Positions 28,765 through 39,985 of a stretch of 64,000 bases of DNA are shown here, one piece after another. Each line of letters starts with the position of its first letter. Position 1 is the stretch's first letter. Origin of the DNA: Acidobacteriota bacterium (GTDB taxonomy: Bacteria; Acidobacteriota; UBA890; WLXD01); NCBI GenBank assembly GCA_965205505.1, contig CBDBHB010000009.1, forward strand, positions 2,464,001-2,528,000, read 5' to 3'. Made by a program: the position numbers and the translations under genes. The notes beneath the pieces were generated by a model. That model was not told the DNA's origin, made no database searches, and worked only from the letters and a program-made list of their open reading frames with translations.

Positions 28765-30021
28765 TTACTCGTATCGCAAGGCTTCTACGGGATCGAGCCG
28801 GGCCGCACGGTTAGCAGGATAAATACCGGAGGCAACGCCAATCAAGGACGAGGTTCCCACCGCGATGGCGAACGACCACCACGGTAACGATATTGGGAAG
28901 CCGGTGGCCATGTGCGCCGCATAGCCGATGCCAGCGCCCACCAGCGCTCCGAGCAAACCGCCGACCGCAGCCAACACTACCGCCTCCGCCAGAAACTGCA
29001 GGAGAACGTCGGAGCGCCGCGCACCCAGCGCCTTGCGCACGCCAATCTCGCGCGTGCGCTCGGTGACCGATACGAGCATGATCGCCATTACACCGATGCC
29101 GCCGACCATCAGGGCCACGGAGGAGAGCGCCACCAGCGTCAGGAAGAAGTACTGCGTGAGGTTCTTCCACAGCTCCAACAGGCTTTCCTGGGTGGTTAGG
29201 TCGAAGTCCCTATCCTCGTTGGCGCGGAGGCCGTGCCTCGCCCGCATGATGCCCTCGACCTCGGTTTGCATCCGGTCCACGCCGTGCTCGGCCTTCGCCC
29301 GCATGACCACCATTGCTCCTTGGGGGCGCGGGCCGAACAGCTTGCTGTAGTTGGTCGACGACACCAGAACAAAGTTGTCGGCCTGGTCGCCGGCCAAGCT
29401 CGATGCGTCCCGTGACTTGATCGTGCCGATCACCCGATACTCGCGCCCGTTGACGCGCACCCGGCGACTGATCGGATCGCGGTCTGGAAACAACACCGAG
29501 CGCGGCCCGTCGCCCAGCACGACGACGTCCGTGCGTTGCCGCACGTCGATCGTGCTGATGAAGCGGCCCAAATCCAACTCCATGTCGCCGGCATCCAGGA
29601 ACCGCGGGGCGATTCCCATGACCTGAGTTTGGTTGGTGCGCCGGCCGGCGAATCGAACCATCGCCTGGCTCGGTGGAAAGCCGGCCCCGTACATGATCGA
29701 GACCCGCTCGACTGATTCAGCGAGTCGCCCGATGGCGTCGGCGTCGCGCTCGGTGATGTCCGGCCGGGCGTTGAGTCGGCGGAACTCCTCTCCCGAGGTA
29801 ACCAGTCGGCCGCCCCACTTGATGAGGTACACCGTGTCCGACCCGAGCGACTCGATCTGGCCGGTCATCGATTGATCGAAGCCGCGTATGAGGCTCGTCA
29901 TTCCGACCACCATCGTGATGCCGATGACTATACCCAGGATAGTGAGGAACGAGCGCATCTTGTGGGCGCGCAGGCTCTTCCAGGCCATCCCGAGGACTTG
30001 GCTAATGACGACGGAGCGCAT
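28765..30021 (-). CDS. MacB-like ABC permease
   Basis: RSFLTILGIVIGI, VGGIGVMAIMLVSVTERTREIGVRKALGA, LDPVEALRYE. Confidence 0.93.
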   Translation of the reverse strand: MRSVVISQVLGMAWKSLRAHKMRSFLTILGIVIGITMVVGMTSLIRGFDQSMTGQIESLGSDTVYLIKWGGRLVTSGEEFRRLNARPDITERDADAIGRLAESVERVSIMYGAGFPPSQAMVRFAGRRTNQTQVMGIAPRFLDAGDMELDLGRFISTIDVRQRTDVVVLGDGPRSVLFPDRDPISRRVRVNGREYRVIGTIKSRDASSLAGDQADNFVLVSSTNYSKLFGPRPQGAMVVMRAKAEHGVDRMQTEVEGIMRARHGLRANEDRDFDLTTQESLLELWKNLTQYFFLTLVALSSVALMVGGIGVMAIMLVSVTERTREIGVRKALGARRSDVLLQFLAEAVVLAAVGGLLGALVGAGIGYAAHMATGFPISLPWWSFAIAVGTSSLIGVASGIYPANRAARLDPVEALRYE

Positions 30022-31268
30022 CACTCGTACCGGAGCGCGGCGATCGGATCGAGCATGGCGGCGCGGCTCGCCGGGTAGATCCCAAAGACCACACCCACCA
30101 CCATGACGGTGGCGAGCGCCGCTGCCACCGACCAGGGCACGAGCACGAACGGCAGCGGAGTGAAGTTGGATATTCCCGCCGCCGCAGCGTAGCCCATGGT
30201 GATTCCCGCCACACCGCCGACCAGCGAGACGGTGACCGCCTCGACGAGGAACTGCCACAGGATCTGCTGATATGTGGCCCCCACCGCCTTGCGGATGCCC
30301 ACCTCTCGGGTTCGCTCGGTGACCACCATCAACATGATGTTCATGATCACTATCCCGCCAACCACCAGCGCCATCGCGACGATGCCGATCAATGCCGCGT
30401 AGATGCCGGCCGTAAATTGATGATAGAGATCCAGGAACGTGTCGGAGCTGGTCACCGCGAAGTCGTCCTCGTCGCGGGGCCGCAAGCGGTGTCGAATGCG
30501 CATCAGCATCCGAGCCTCGTCCATCGAGGCCTCCACCAGTTCGGGTCGGCGCGGCTTGACGCGAAATTCCAACGAGGTGCGGTAACCGAACAGACGTTGC
30601 CAGATCCCGATCGGAACTACTGCCACTTCGTCCTGACTGAAGCCGAACACCGAGCCGCGGGTCTCGAGCACTCCGATCACGATAAAATGCAGGCTCCCGA
30701 TGCGAACACGGCGGCCCAGCGCGGCCTCCGGTGGGAGCCCGGGAAACAACTCCTCCACTATGTCGAGGCCCAGCATCGCGACGGCACGGTTCCGGTCCAC
30801 CTCGAGGGAGGAGAAGTAGCGTCCCGCGCGCATTCCGGTTGGGTCGAGGAACGCCCAGTCATACGACCGTCCCTCGATACCGACTCCGTCTACCGATCGG
30901 CTCCCGTACTCAACTCGTGTGCTGCGGTCCGCGCCCACCGACAGTGCGGCGATCGTCGTGGCCTCCTCGCGCACGAAGCGAGCATCGGCGCGCGTAAGCC
31001 GAGGTCGATTGCGCATGGCCATAGCCTCCTCGTGCGAGAAGGCGATGCCCGCGCGCTCGATCGAGTACACGTCGGCGCCCTCGGCGGTGAGCAGGCCGGT
31101 GACCTCGGAGTTGACACCCTGGATGATCGTCACCACGAGGATGATCGAGCTCACGGCGATGATGTTGCCGAGCACCGTGAGGAACGAGCGCAGCTTGTTG
31201 GCCCAGATCGAGTCGAGCGCGATGAGCACACCCTCCGAAAGCCCGATAGCGCGGCGCGTGCTGCTCAT
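30021..31268 (-). CDS. MacB-like ABC permease
   Basis: [50 protein letters not shown]. Confidence 0.93.
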   Translation of the reverse strand: MSSTRRAIGLSEGVLIALDSIWANKLRSFLTVLGNIIAVSSIILVVTIIQGVNSEVTGLLTAEGADVYSIERAGIAFSHEEAMAMRNRPRLTRADARFVREEATTIAALSVGADRSTRVEYGSRSVDGVGIEGRSYDWAFLDPTGMRAGRYFSSLEVDRNRAVAMLGLDIVEELFPGLPPEAALGRRVRIGSLHFIVIGVLETRGSVFGFSQDEVAVVPIGIWQRLFGYRTSLEFRVKPRRPELVEASMDEARMLMRIRHRLRPRDEDDFAVTSSDTFLDLYHQFTAGIYAALIGIVAMALVVGGIVIMNIMLMVVTERTREVGIRKAVGATYQQILWQFLVEAVTVSLVGGVAGITMGYAAAAGISNFTPLPFVLVPWSVAAALATVMVVGVVFGIYPASRAAMLDPIAALRYE

Positions 31269-32020
31269 CCGGCCGAGGCGTGCTCGGCGCCGATCAGCCA
31301 CGGTGTTTGCCGTTCATCTCGCACGATCTCGCCGTCGAGGAAATGCACGGCGCGGTGGGCATACTTGGCGATGTCCGCTTCGTGGGTTACGACGATCACG
31401 GTCTGACCCTTGTCGTGCAGCTCGATGAACAGCTCCATGACCTCGTACGAGGTCTTCGAGTCGAGGTTCCCGGTGGGCTCGTCGGCGAGCAGGATCGCAG
31501 GTTCGTTGACCAACGCGCGAGCGATCGCGACGCGCTGCCGCTGGCCACCGGAGAGCTCGTTTGGACGGTGGTCCGAGCGGTCGGCGAGGCCGGTTACCTC
31601 GAGTGCGTGCAGCGCCCGCTTCTTGCGCTCGCGCCCGGAGACTCCGGCGTAGATCAGCGGCAACTCGACGTTGTGCAAGGCGGTGGCGCGCGGCAGCAGG
31701 TTGAAGGTCTGGAAGACGAAGCCGATCTCGCTGTTGCGCACAGCGGCTAGCTCGTTGTCGTCGAGATTGCTGACCTCCTGGTGATTGAGCGTATATGTGC
31801 CAGCGGTCGGCGTATCCAGGCAACCGATCAGGTTCATCAGAGTCGATTTGCCGGAGCCCGAAGGGCCCATGATGGCGATGAACTCGTTCTGATATATGTC
31901 AAGGTCGACACCGCGAAGCGCCTCGACCTTGACCTTACCCATGTCGTACGTTTTTCCGAGGCCACGGATCTCGATGATCGGCGATCCGCCATCGGTGCCG
32001 CGCGTCTCCGCCTCACTCAT
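31265..32020 (-). CDS. ABC transporter ATP-binding protein (MacB/LolD-like)
   Basis: [31 protein letters not shown]. Confidence 0.95.
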   Translation of the reverse strand: MSEAETRGTDGGSPIIEIRGLGKTYDMGKVKVEALRGVDLDIYQNEFIAIMGPSGSGKSTLMNLIGCLDTPTAGTYTLNHQEVSNLDDNELAAVRNSEIGFVFQTFNLLPRATALHNVELPLIYAGVSGRERKKRALHALEVTGLADRSDHRPNELSGGQRQRVAIARALVNEPAILLADEPTGNLDSKTSYEVMELFIELHDKGQTVIVVTHEADIAKYAHRAVHFLDGEIVRDERQTPWLIGAEHASAG

Positions 32021-32024
32021 GCGC

Positions 32025-33320
32025 TTACTCCGTTTCCTTCGTGGTTCGATTTCGTCGTGGCGTGCCGGTGTCGACGCGCTCGCCGGACTGCAGCGTGCGG
32101 ATCACGTCGAATGGGCCGACCACCACCTCATCGCCCTCGGCAATCCCCGAAAGTACCTCGAAGTATCGCTCGCCGGCCACGCCGATCTTCACTGGGACGA
32201 ACTCCGCCTTGTCGTCTCGAACCAAGAAAGCTCCTTCGAGCTCTTGAAGCTCCTGCTCGGCATCGTCATCCCCACCGCCGTTTTCGACCTCGGCCAAGAG
32301 CTCGGCGAGGGGGTCGCGCTGCACGATCTGCCCGTTCTCGTCCAGCTCGACCTCGCGCAGAATCAACGACTGGATTGGAACCGCCAGCGCCTCGTCGCGG
32401 GTGGCGGTCACGATGTCGGCTGTGCACGACAGCCCCGGTCGAGCGCCTGGGACGGCTTCGAGCACGCGCACAACTACCTTGAAGTTGATCGCCTGCGTGC
32501 TCGAGGTCGCTTGGGCGCTGTTGATCGGGCTCCTCCCCACTTCGATCACACTTGCCGAGAACACGGAATCTGGAAACGCGTCGATGCGGACTTCTGCTTG
32601 TTGCCCAAGCTCGACGTCGACGATGTCGGTCTCGTCGATCTCGATCTCCGCCTCGACGAACGAGAGGTCGGCGACCGTGAGGAGCACCGTACCCGGGTTG
32701 TTCATGGTCCCGGTGATGGCGGTCTCCCCCTCTTCGATGTTGAGCTTGGTGATGACCCCGTCGATCGGCGACCGGAATGCCACCTGCGACAGGTCGTGCT
32801 CGGATTGCTTGAGCTGGGCGCGCAGGCGCTCGATGTCGGTCTCCCGCATCTGCAGGTTTTGCTCCTCGCGGCGCACCGCCTGTAGCGCCTCCAGGTAGGC
32901 TTCCTCGGCGAGCAGGTCTTGCTGATACAGACCCTCGCGGCGGTCGAGCACGTCGCGTGCATAGGCGAGATTCTGGCGGGCCAGCTCGGTGTTGGTCTCT
33001 GCCGACTGCATCGATGCCTCGACCTGCTCGACGGCGCTGCGGTAGCGCACCGGGTCGATTCGGAGTAGGAACTGCCCGGCCGACACGTCCTGTCCTTCCA
33101 GTACCGAGAGCTGCACTACGCGACCGCTAACGTTGGAGGAGATGTCGACCTCCTTGAACGGCCTGATCTTGCCCGAGCCGGAGACCGTCGCGGTAAGGTC
33201 GCGGCGCTTGACGTTCTCGGTTTGCACCTCGATGGCCTTGGCGGTGCGTCCGCGATTCGCATACACGCCGGCGGTGACGATAAGCGCCGCGACGACCCCG
33301 ATCAGTATCTTCTTCAGCAT
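32025..33320 (-). CDS. Efflux periplasmic adaptor (MacA-like membrane fusion protein)
   Basis: N-terminal anchor; biotinyl-like halves ([24 protein letters not shown]); alpha-hairpin; IDETDIVDV. Confidence 0.92.
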   Translation of the reverse strand: MLKKILIGVVAALIVTAGVYANRGRTAKAIEVQTENVKRRDLTATVSGSGKIRPFKEVDISSNVSGRVVQLSVLEGQDVSAGQFLLRIDPVRYRSAVEQVEASMQSAETNTELARQNLAYARDVLDRREGLYQQDLLAEEAYLEALQAVRREEQNLQMRETDIERLRAQLKQSEHDLSQVAFRSPIDGVITKLNIEEGETAITGTMNNPGTVLLTVADLSFVEAEIEIDETDIVDVELGQQAEVRIDAFPDSVFSASVIEVGRSPINSAQATSSTQAINFKVVVRVLEAVPGARPGLSCTADIVTATRDEALAVPIQSLILREVELDENGQIVQRDPLAELLAEVENGGGDDDAEQELQELEGAFLVRDDKAEFVPVKIGVAGERYFEVLSGIAEGDEVVVGPFDVIRTLQSGERVDTGTPRRNRTTKETE

Positions 33321-33545
33321 GATTTCGCAGATGTGGCGCGGATTCTGAGAGGGGGAGCGGAGTCAGCTTCTCCTTAGATGAGGGTAGTCACGCTACGCGC
33401 CGCCGGCAAGCAACATTTCGTCGCCGGCACGGTGCTCCGATGGACGGTCGGTGGTCCTGGTTGAGCGGCGTCGAGCGGACTATGGGTCCTACCCAATGTG
33501 CTGCCCCACAAGGGGTTTTTCGCTTCCGGAGCCGCCTGGCCACCG

Positions 33546-33554
33546 TGCTAAACT
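33546..33554 (+). promoter_or_regulatory. Extended -10 element (TGcTAAACT), probable leaderless promoter
   Basis: 6 nt before GTG 33561; no Shine-Dalgarno. Confidence 0.45.
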
Positions 33555-33560
33555 GCCTCC

Positions 33561-34403
33561 GTGAACTACACTTTCAAACAGCTGATGCAGCGTACGCTGC
33601 TGGCGGTTCTTGGCCTCCTGGCGGTGTCGCTGGCGGGTAGTCACTACGTGGCCCCGGACGGCGCGTTGTGGCCCGAGGTCGATCTCGGTGGCCCGCTGCC
33701 GGAGTTCCGCACCGATCGGCTCGCCACGTCGTGGACAGAGGTCGCGCGTGTGCTCGAGCCTTCCGTAGCTGTGGTGGCTATCTACGACGGAGCGCGCGGC
33801 GAGGGGGCTCCGCAGCGTTCGAGCGGCTCAGCGCTGGTGGTCCGCTCCGACGGTTATTTGGTGACCAATTGGCACGTCGTGGAAGGTGCCGGACAGATCG
33901 AGATACTGCTGCAAGGCTTGCCGCCGTTGTTGGCGACCGTGGTGGGGCGCGACAGCAGCACTGATCTCGCGGTCCTCAGGGTCGACGTCACCGAGCCGCT
34001 ACAGGCAGCGGCGTTGGGCGATTCGGAGGTGCTTCGAGTGGGTGAGTGGGTGGTAGCCATGGGAGCCCCGTTTCGGCTGACGGGGACGGTGTCGACAGGT
34101 ATCGTGAGCGCCCTTGATCGCCGCGTGCGGTCACTGTCGATGCGCAGCGGATTCATCCAGACAGACGCGGCGATCAACCCCGGCAACTCCGGCGGCCCGC
34201 TAGCGAATCTGCGTGGTGAAGTTATTGGCATCAATACGGCGATCGCAGTGTCTGAGGCGGCGTCAAGGACCGGGCGCGGTGCCTACGCCGGCGTCGGCTT
34301 CGCCATCCCGATCAATACCGTGCGTCGCGTGGCGGCGCGACTCATCGGCCGCGCCGGGCTGCTAGCCCCTGAAAGGGACCGCGCCGAGATCGCGGCATCC
34401 TAA
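33561..34403 (+). CDS. HtrA/DegS-like trypsin protease without PDZ domain
   Basis: TNWHVV, DLAVL and QTDAAINPGNSGGPL triad; ends soon after GFAIP. Confidence 0.9.
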   Translation: MNYTFKQLMQRTLLAVLGLLAVSLAGSHYVAPDGALWPEVDLGGPLPEFRTDRLATSWTEVARVLEPSVAVVAIYDGARGEGAPQRSSGSALVVRSDGYLVTNWHVVEGAGQIEILLQGLPPLLATVVGRDSSTDLAVLRVDVTEPLQAAALGDSEVLRVGEWVVAMGAPFRLTGTVSTGIVSALDRRVRSLSMRSGFIQTDAAINPGNSGGPLANLRGEVIGINTAIAVSEAASRTGRGAYAGVGFAIPINTVRRVAARLIGRAGLLAPERDRAEIAAS

Positions 34404-34438
34404 CAGGAGGCCGCCTTGCGGAGCCACGAGCGTCGATT

Positions 34439-34460
34439 CACTTTCACCACGGCCTGCTAG
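34439..34460. repeat. Isolated end of a second CTAG-targeting element
   Basis: cactttcaccacggcctgctag is the exact reverse complement of 63859-63880. Confidence 0.8.
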
Positions 34461-34735
34461 TGTCCTGTAACAGAGGTTCGTTGCATATTGCTGGGTCGAG
34501 ATGGGGGCAAGCTCAAGGCGCGATGAGAATGGCGATGCGGTGTCCATCGTCGACGAATCGCAACGCTGAGATTGCCCCCATATCGACCCAGCCCTCCGGG
34601 TGGCCGCGGGACTGGCCGCCTCCGGCGTCGGCCCTCCTCTGCGATACGCTCAGCATCGCCGTCGTCGAGCCTCCTTGGATTCGACTAAGTCGCGCGCGCC
34701 ACAATATGCAACGAACCTCTGTTACAGAACACTAG
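34457..34735. mobile_element. 279-bp MITE-like structured element, copy 3 (diverged, inverted)
   Basis: 33/34 terminal inverted repeat (ctagtgtcctgtaacagaggttcgttgcatattg); reverse complement aligns gap-free with copy 1 at about 199/279. Confidence 0.92.
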
Positions 34736-34746
34736 GACGCTCGCCT

Positions 34747-35901
34747 ATGCGCCCGCCGGCTCCTGAACGACTGCGGTTGGCGTTAATTGCCTCTACCGTC
34801 GTTGCTTCGTTGCTCTCGGTGGTTCTCGGTGTGCCGCGTGCGCGTGCCTGGCTGACGCCGCAGATTGGGCGCGTATGGGTGGCGTCGGCGACGTTCGGCG
34901 ACACGGTAGCCAGCGTCGCGTCGAAGGAGGCGGTCTCGGGCACGCCCGTTACCCTGTTCGCGATCCTGGAGGCGACGCCGCGCTTTGGCGGCGGAGAGAC
35001 GGTGCTCTTCGGTAGCACGCCCAGTGTGCGTCTCGCCCCGGAGGCCGAGCCTCGCCCGGTCGAGGCGTGGAGCAGTTGGTGGTACGCGCCGGAGTTTCTC
35101 TGGTTCAAGGTCGAACCGACGTTTCCGTTCGCCAACGAGAACTTCGACCCGAGCTTCGTCGCTACGCAGATCGGCTTCACCGACAACTATCAAGTGAGCT
35201 GGGGTTTCGGTTGGAGCCACGCTGCGGACATCGACCCCAGCGGCGATGCCTACCCTGATCTCGGAGCCGGAACGATGCACTTCATGGTGCGCGCCGTGAT
35301 TCGTGATCAGCGTGACCGAATCCTCCAGCGGTCGGCCTCCCCAGGGGGCGACGCGGCCCACGCGGCCGCAGCGGCCGCGCGCCCTCATCGGGTGACGGTG
35401 CGCGCCGGCGACGACGCGTTCGGGATCCTCCAGGGGTTTGCCGGATTGCCCTATGTGCCGGTGATCGGGGAGACGGACGATCATCCGGCAGAGCGTTTTC
35501 TGGGAGGCACGGTGCTCGCATTCTGGCAGGCGGCGCAGCGGCGCGCAGGTGGCTTCGAAGGGCCGATCCTGCCGTGGGATCGTCTCGAAGACATCGCCGA
35601 CAGGGTAGTGGACGACATGTTTCTGGCCACTGACGGCACCTACTACTGGACCAACGATCCATTGCGTGCGGTGGAGTTCGACGTCGTGCGGGCGGGCGAT
35701 ATTCTCACCATCGATGATCATGCCGGGGTGCTGTACGAGGATCGCGGCCCAGGCGGCGCCGGTGACCGGATCTTGAACCGGTGGGACCGGGCGTTCGAGG
35801 CGTACTTCGAGCCGTTGCGCACGACACAGCTGGGCGAGGCTTTCGTCGCCGACATCGCCGTCTGGCGTCTTCGCGACATCAGCCCGGGGGGCCAACCCTG
35901 A
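34747..35901 (+). CDS. Exported hypothetical protein, possibly with a degenerate NlpC/P60-like C-terminal domain
   Basis: Signal/anchor segment; GLPYV..ERFLGG and [13 protein letters not shown] pattern. Confidence 0.65.
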   Translation: MRPPAPERLRLALIASTVVASLLSVVLGVPRARAWLTPQIGRVWVASATFGDTVASVASKEAVSGTPVTLFAILEATPRFGGGETVLFGSTPSVRLAPEAEPRPVEAWSSWWYAPEFLWFKVEPTFPFANENFDPSFVATQIGFTDNYQVSWGFGWSHAADIDPSGDAYPDLGAGTMHFMVRAVIRDQRDRILQRSASPGGDAAHAAAAAARPHRVTVRAGDDAFGILQGFAGLPYVPVIGETDDHPAERFLGGTVLAFWQAAQRRAGGFEGPILPWDRLEDIADRVVDDMFLATDGTYYWTNDPLRAVEFDVVRAGDILTIDDHAGVLYEDRGPGGAGDRILNRWDRAFEAYFEPLRTTQLGEAFVADIAVWRLRDISPGGQP

Positions 35902-35908
35902 GCGGCGC

Positions 35909-37633
35909 ATGGGTACGAGGATGACGGAAACCAAAAACATCGGGAGGCCGATGCATACGGACGAGCGTCCAGCGGGGCCGATTCGGGCGCCGCGCGGAGT
36001 AGAGTGCACTTGCTCGACCTGGGACACAGAAGGCGCCCTGCGGATGCTGATGAACAACCTCGATCCTGAGGTTGCCGTCGACTGGCCGAATCTGGTGGTG
36101 TACGGAGGGAGCGGCAGGGCGGCGCGGAACTGGCGAGCCTACGGACAGATCGTCGAGAGCCTGCGTAGCCTGGCCGCCGACGAGACCTTGTGCGTTCAGT
36201 CGGGCAAGCCCGTCTACGTGGCGCGCACATCGCCTGATGCTCCGCGAGTGATCATCGCCAATTCCAACCTGGTGCCGGATTGGGCAACCGAGGAGCATTT
36301 CGAGGAGCTCGATCTGGCCGGTCTCATGATGTACGGACAGATGACGGCCGGATCCTGGATCTACATCGGCACTCAGGGGATCTTGCAGGGTACGTACGAG
36401 ACCTTCGCCGCCTGTGCGAAGCAGGAGTTCGGCGCCGATAGCCTGCGGGGCAAATTCGTCCTCACCGCCGGGCTCGGTGGGATGAGCGGCGCCCAACCGC
36501 TGGCAGCGACGATGAACGCCGCCGCCGCGCTGGTCGTCGAGGTGCGCCCGGATCGTGTCGCCCGCAAGGTCGAGGAAGGATACTGCGACCGCCGATCGGA
36601 CGATCTCGAGGAGGCAGTAGGCTGGATCGAGGAGGCTCGGAGTCAGGGGAGAGGGCTGTCTGTGGGGCTGGTTGGCAACGCTGCCGAGGTCTATCCGCGG
36701 CTGGCCGCGATGGGCGCCATCCCCGACGTGGTCACCGACCAAACATCGGCGCACAACCTGCTCGACTACGTACCGCTCGGCGACCTCGAAGAGCTCGACC
36801 GATTGAGGGTCGATGCTCCCGACCAGTATCGTCGCCGCGCTCTCGATTCGATCGTGGCGCATACGCAGGGCATCCTCGACCTGCAGCGCGCCGGTGCGGT
36901 GTGCTTCGACTATGGCAACAACCTGCGAGGTCAGGCGGAGCGCGGCGGCCTGACAGTGCGCGATGACAATGGTCACTACCTCTATCCCGGATTCGTTCCA
37001 GCATACGTTCGTCCGTTGTTCTGCGAGGGCAAGGGACCCTTCCGTTGGGCCTGTTTGTCTGGGGACGAGGCGGATCTCGCGGTGCTCGACGACGCCCTCC
37101 TGCGTGTGTTCCCAGACGATCGGGTGCTGCATCGCTGGGTGAGCTTGGCGCGGGAGCGCGTCCCTCAGCTCGGACTACCATCGAGGATCTGCTGGCTCGG
37201 ATACGGTGAACGGGCGCGATTCGGTCTTGAGATCAACCGGCTAGTAGCCTCGGGCGAGGTGTCGGCACCGGTCGCCATTGGCCGCGATCACCTCGATTGC
37301 GGATCTGTGGCTTCGCCCAACCGGGAGACCGAGGCGATGCTCGACGGCTCCGACGCAGTGGCCGACTGGCCGCTCTTGAACTTCGCCATGAACGCAGTCA
37401 GCGGCGCCTCGTGGGTTTCGTTTCATCACGGCGGTGGGGTCGGGATGGGGCGAGCGTTGCATGCTGGGATGGTGATCGTCGCCGACGGCACCGAGCACAA
37501 AGCGGAGCGGCTCGAGCGAGTCCTCACCGTCGATCCCGGGCTCGGCGTCGTGCGTCATGCCGACGCCGGCTACGAGCTGGCAATCGAGACGGCTCGGACG
37601 CGCAACGTGAAAATGCCCTCGCTCGATGGCTGA
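35909..37633 (+). CDS. hutU: Urocanate hydratase
   Basis: [59 protein letters not shown]. Confidence 0.97.
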   Translation: MGTRMTETKNIGRPMHTDERPAGPIRAPRGVECTCSTWDTEGALRMLMNNLDPEVAVDWPNLVVYGGSGRAARNWRAYGQIVESLRSLAADETLCVQSGKPVYVARTSPDAPRVIIANSNLVPDWATEEHFEELDLAGLMMYGQMTAGSWIYIGTQGILQGTYETFAACAKQEFGADSLRGKFVLTAGLGGMSGAQPLAATMNAAAALVVEVRPDRVARKVEEGYCDRRSDDLEEAVGWIEEARSQGRGLSVGLVGNAAEVYPRLAAMGAIPDVVTDQTSAHNLLDYVPLGDLEELDRLRVDAPDQYRRRALDSIVAHTQGILDLQRAGAVCFDYGNNLRGQAERGGLTVRDDNGHYLYPGFVPAYVRPLFCEGKGPFRWACLSGDEADLAVLDDALLRVFPDDRVLHRWVSLARERVPQLGLPSRICWLGYGERARFGLEINRLVASGEVSAPVAIGRDHLDCGSVASPNRETEAMLDGSDAVADWPLLNFAMNAVSGASWVSFHHGGGVGMGRALHAGMVIVADGTEHKAERLERVLTVDPGLGVVRHADAGYELAIETARTRNVKMPSLDG

Positions 37634-38930
37634 GTCGGGTGGTAAGACCGTTGCCACGCTCGTCGTTCGTGGCATCCGACAGTGCCTCACCATGGCCGGC
37701 GGGACCACGTACCCGCAGCGCGGCGTCGATCAGGGGAACGTCGGTCTGGTTGAGGACGCCGCCGTCGCAGTTGCCGGCGAAGAGATCGTGTACGCGGGTC
37801 CGGCAAGCGGCGTTCTGTCGACCGTGCGCGTCGCTGCTGATGCGGTAAGTTTGGACGCCGACGGCGGCGTGCTGATACCTGGATTCGTCGATCCGCACAC
37901 GCATTTGCTGTTCGGCGGCTGGCGGCCTGGTGAGTTCGCGCAGCGCATTGACGGCGCCAGCTACAGCGAAATCCTGCAGGCCGGCGGCGGCATTCTCAGC
38001 ACGGTCACTGCTACTCGGGCCTGTAGTGAGGAGGATCTCGTCGAGATTGGCGCGCGCCGGCTTCGACGCATGCTGAGTGCGGGTACGACCACCGTTGAGG
38101 CAAAGAGCGGCTACGGGCTCAGCGCTGCGGATGAGGCCAAGCTCGTTCGAGCGGCGCGGCGCCTTGCTGCAACAGAGGCGACGGACGTGGTAGTGACGCT
38201 ATTGGCGGCACACGCCATGCCGCCCGAGCACCGCGATCGCCGAGAGGGCTATTTGAGCCTGGTGGAGGAGATGATCGCGACGCTTGCCGATCGCATCGAC
38301 TACGTCGACGCGTTTTGCGAGGAAGGTGCGTTTTCCGTTCCCGAGTGCCGCCGTGTCTTCGCCGCCGCCGCTGACGCCCAGTGCGGCATCAAGATTCACG
38401 CGGATCAGCTTGCCGACACCGGTGGTGCCGAGCTCGCGTCCGAGGTCGGTGCAGTCTCGGCAGATCATCTCGATTACATCTCGACGGCGGGAATCGCTGC
38501 CCTGGCAGGTGCCGGCGTAGTCGCAGTGCTCCTGCCGTCGGTGCCGCTGTACTTGATGTCGCGTCGCCAGGCGCCGGCTCGACGGCTGCAGGCGGCCGGC
38601 GTCCCGATTGCCCTGGCCACCGACTTCAACCCCGGAACGAGCGCCATCGAGTCCATGGGGCTAATCGTTGCGCTGGCGTGCACCTTACTGGGAATGACTC
38701 CCGAGGCGGCGCTGGTCGCAGCAACGACCAACGCCGCGCATGCCATCGGTCAAGGCGATGTCGTAGGTCGGCTGGAGCCGGGAATGCGCGCCGACCTGCA
38801 GATCTACTCCGCCCACGACTACCGTATGCTGCCGTACCGGTTCGGACAGCTGCGTCCGCGCTGGGTCATCAAGCGTGGTCGATTGGTCGCGGGCGAAGGC
38901 GCCGAGGCGGCGGTCGCTGCGAGGGCGTGA
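37626..38930 (+). CDS. hutI: Imidazolonepropionase
   Basis: [37 protein letters not shown]. Confidence 0.95.
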   Translation: MAESGGKTVATLVVRGIRQCLTMAGGTTYPQRGVDQGNVGLVEDAAVAVAGEEIVYAGPASGVLSTVRVAADAVSLDADGGVLIPGFVDPHTHLLFGGWRPGEFAQRIDGASYSEILQAGGGILSTVTATRACSEEDLVEIGARRLRRMLSAGTTTVEAKSGYGLSAADEAKLVRAARRLAATEATDVVVTLLAAHAMPPEHRDRREGYLSLVEEMIATLADRIDYVDAFCEEGAFSVPECRRVFAAAADAQCGIKIHADQLADTGGAELASEVGAVSADHLDYISTAGIAALAGAGVVAVLLPSVPLYLMSRRQAPARRLQAAGVPIALATDFNPGTSAIESMGLIVALACTLLGMTPEAALVAATTNAAHAIGQGDVVGRLEPGMRADLQIYSAHDYRMLPYRFGQLRPRWVIKRGRLVAGEGAEAAVAARA

Positions 38931-38949
38931 TGCCGCTTGGAGGTTGCCG

Positions 38950-39981
38950 ATGAGAATCGCGCGCTGGTCGCTGCCAATCCTTGCCGCGCTGGCGAGCTGT
39001 GGCAGCCCTGCCCCGCAGGACAGCCCCTATCGCGTCGTGTACGAAGGTACAGGCGGCCCCGGCGCCGGCAAGCACATCGTCATGATCGCCGGGGACCACG
39101 AGTATCGGTCTGAAGAGATCCTGCCGGCGATGGGGCGCATCTTGGCCAGCAGATTCGGCTTCAAGTGCAGCGTCTTCTTCACGCTCGACTCCGACGGTTT
39201 CATCGAGCCCGGAAGCTCCGACATCGCTGGCCTCGAGGCGCTCGAGACCGCCGACCTGTTGATCGTCGGCCTGCGCTTTCAGGACTTCCCGGCCACCGAG
39301 ATGCAGCACATCGTCGACTACCTCGACCGCGGCGGCCCGATCGTCGGCATCCGCACCGCGACCCATGCCTTCAAGATCGAGGAAGGGCCCTTCGTCAAGT
39401 ACACCTGGGACTCCTCCGTCCCGGAGTACGAGGGCGGCTTCGGCCGCCAGGTGCTCGGCGAGACCTGGGTGACCCATCATGGCGAGAATCACGAGCAGAG
39501 CTCGAGCCTGCTGCTCGAGGGGCAGGAGTCGCACCCGATTCTTCGCGGCGTACGCGACGTGCACGTTCAGTCGGGCGGTTACTACGCCGATCCGATGCCT
39601 GATTCCGTGGTGTTGGCCCGCGGGCAGGTCCTCGACGGCATGACCGCCGATTCGCCTCCGGCGCCCGACAAGGCGGTGCTGCCCGTGGCTTGGACGCGCA
39701 TCTACGAGGCTGGGGACGGCAGCCAGGCCCGCGTCTTTACTACGACGCACGGCGCCTCCGAGGACTTCCTGAACGAGGGCTTTCGCCGGCTGCTGCTCAA
39801 CGCGGCCCTGTGGACTGTGGGCTTGGAGGATTCGATTCGCGCCGACAGCGACCTATCCTTTGTGGGGCCCTATAATCCCGTGACCTTCAACTTCGATGGC
39901 TACCGCCGCGGCGTGAGGCCGGCCGATCTCGCCGGCTGGGATACGCCGATCATGTCGACGGACAGGCCGACCCAGGACTGA
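38950..39981 (+). CDS. ThuA-like domain lipoprotein
   Basis: Lipobox LASC; AGDHEYRSEE, GIRTATHAF, HPILRGV, PVAW, RVFTTTHG; GGAGG upstream. Confidence 0.8.
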   Translation: MRIARWSLPILAALASCGSPAPQDSPYRVVYEGTGGPGAGKHIVMIAGDHEYRSEEILPAMGRILASRFGFKCSVFFTLDSDGFIEPGSSDIAGLEALETADLLIVGLRFQDFPATEMQHIVDYLDRGGPIVGIRTATHAFKIEEGPFVKYTWDSSVPEYEGGFGRQVLGETWVTHHGENHEQSSSLLLEGQESHPILRGVRDVHVQSGGYYADPMPDSVVLARGQVLDGMTADSPPAPDKAVLPVAWTRIYEAGDGSQARVFTTTHGASEDFLNEGFRRLLLNAALWTVGLEDSIRADSDLSFVGPYNPVTFNFDGYRRGVRPADLAGWDTPIMSTDRPTQD

Positions 39982-39985
39982 GCCC

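Noticed and set aside
28765-30160. Similarity between the 3' parts of the two ABC permease genes
   Set aside because: Expected paralogy of MacB-type permeases, not a DNA repeat element
35909-38930. hutU-hutI without hutH/hutG
   Set aside because: hut genes are often dispersed; absence from one window is uninformative
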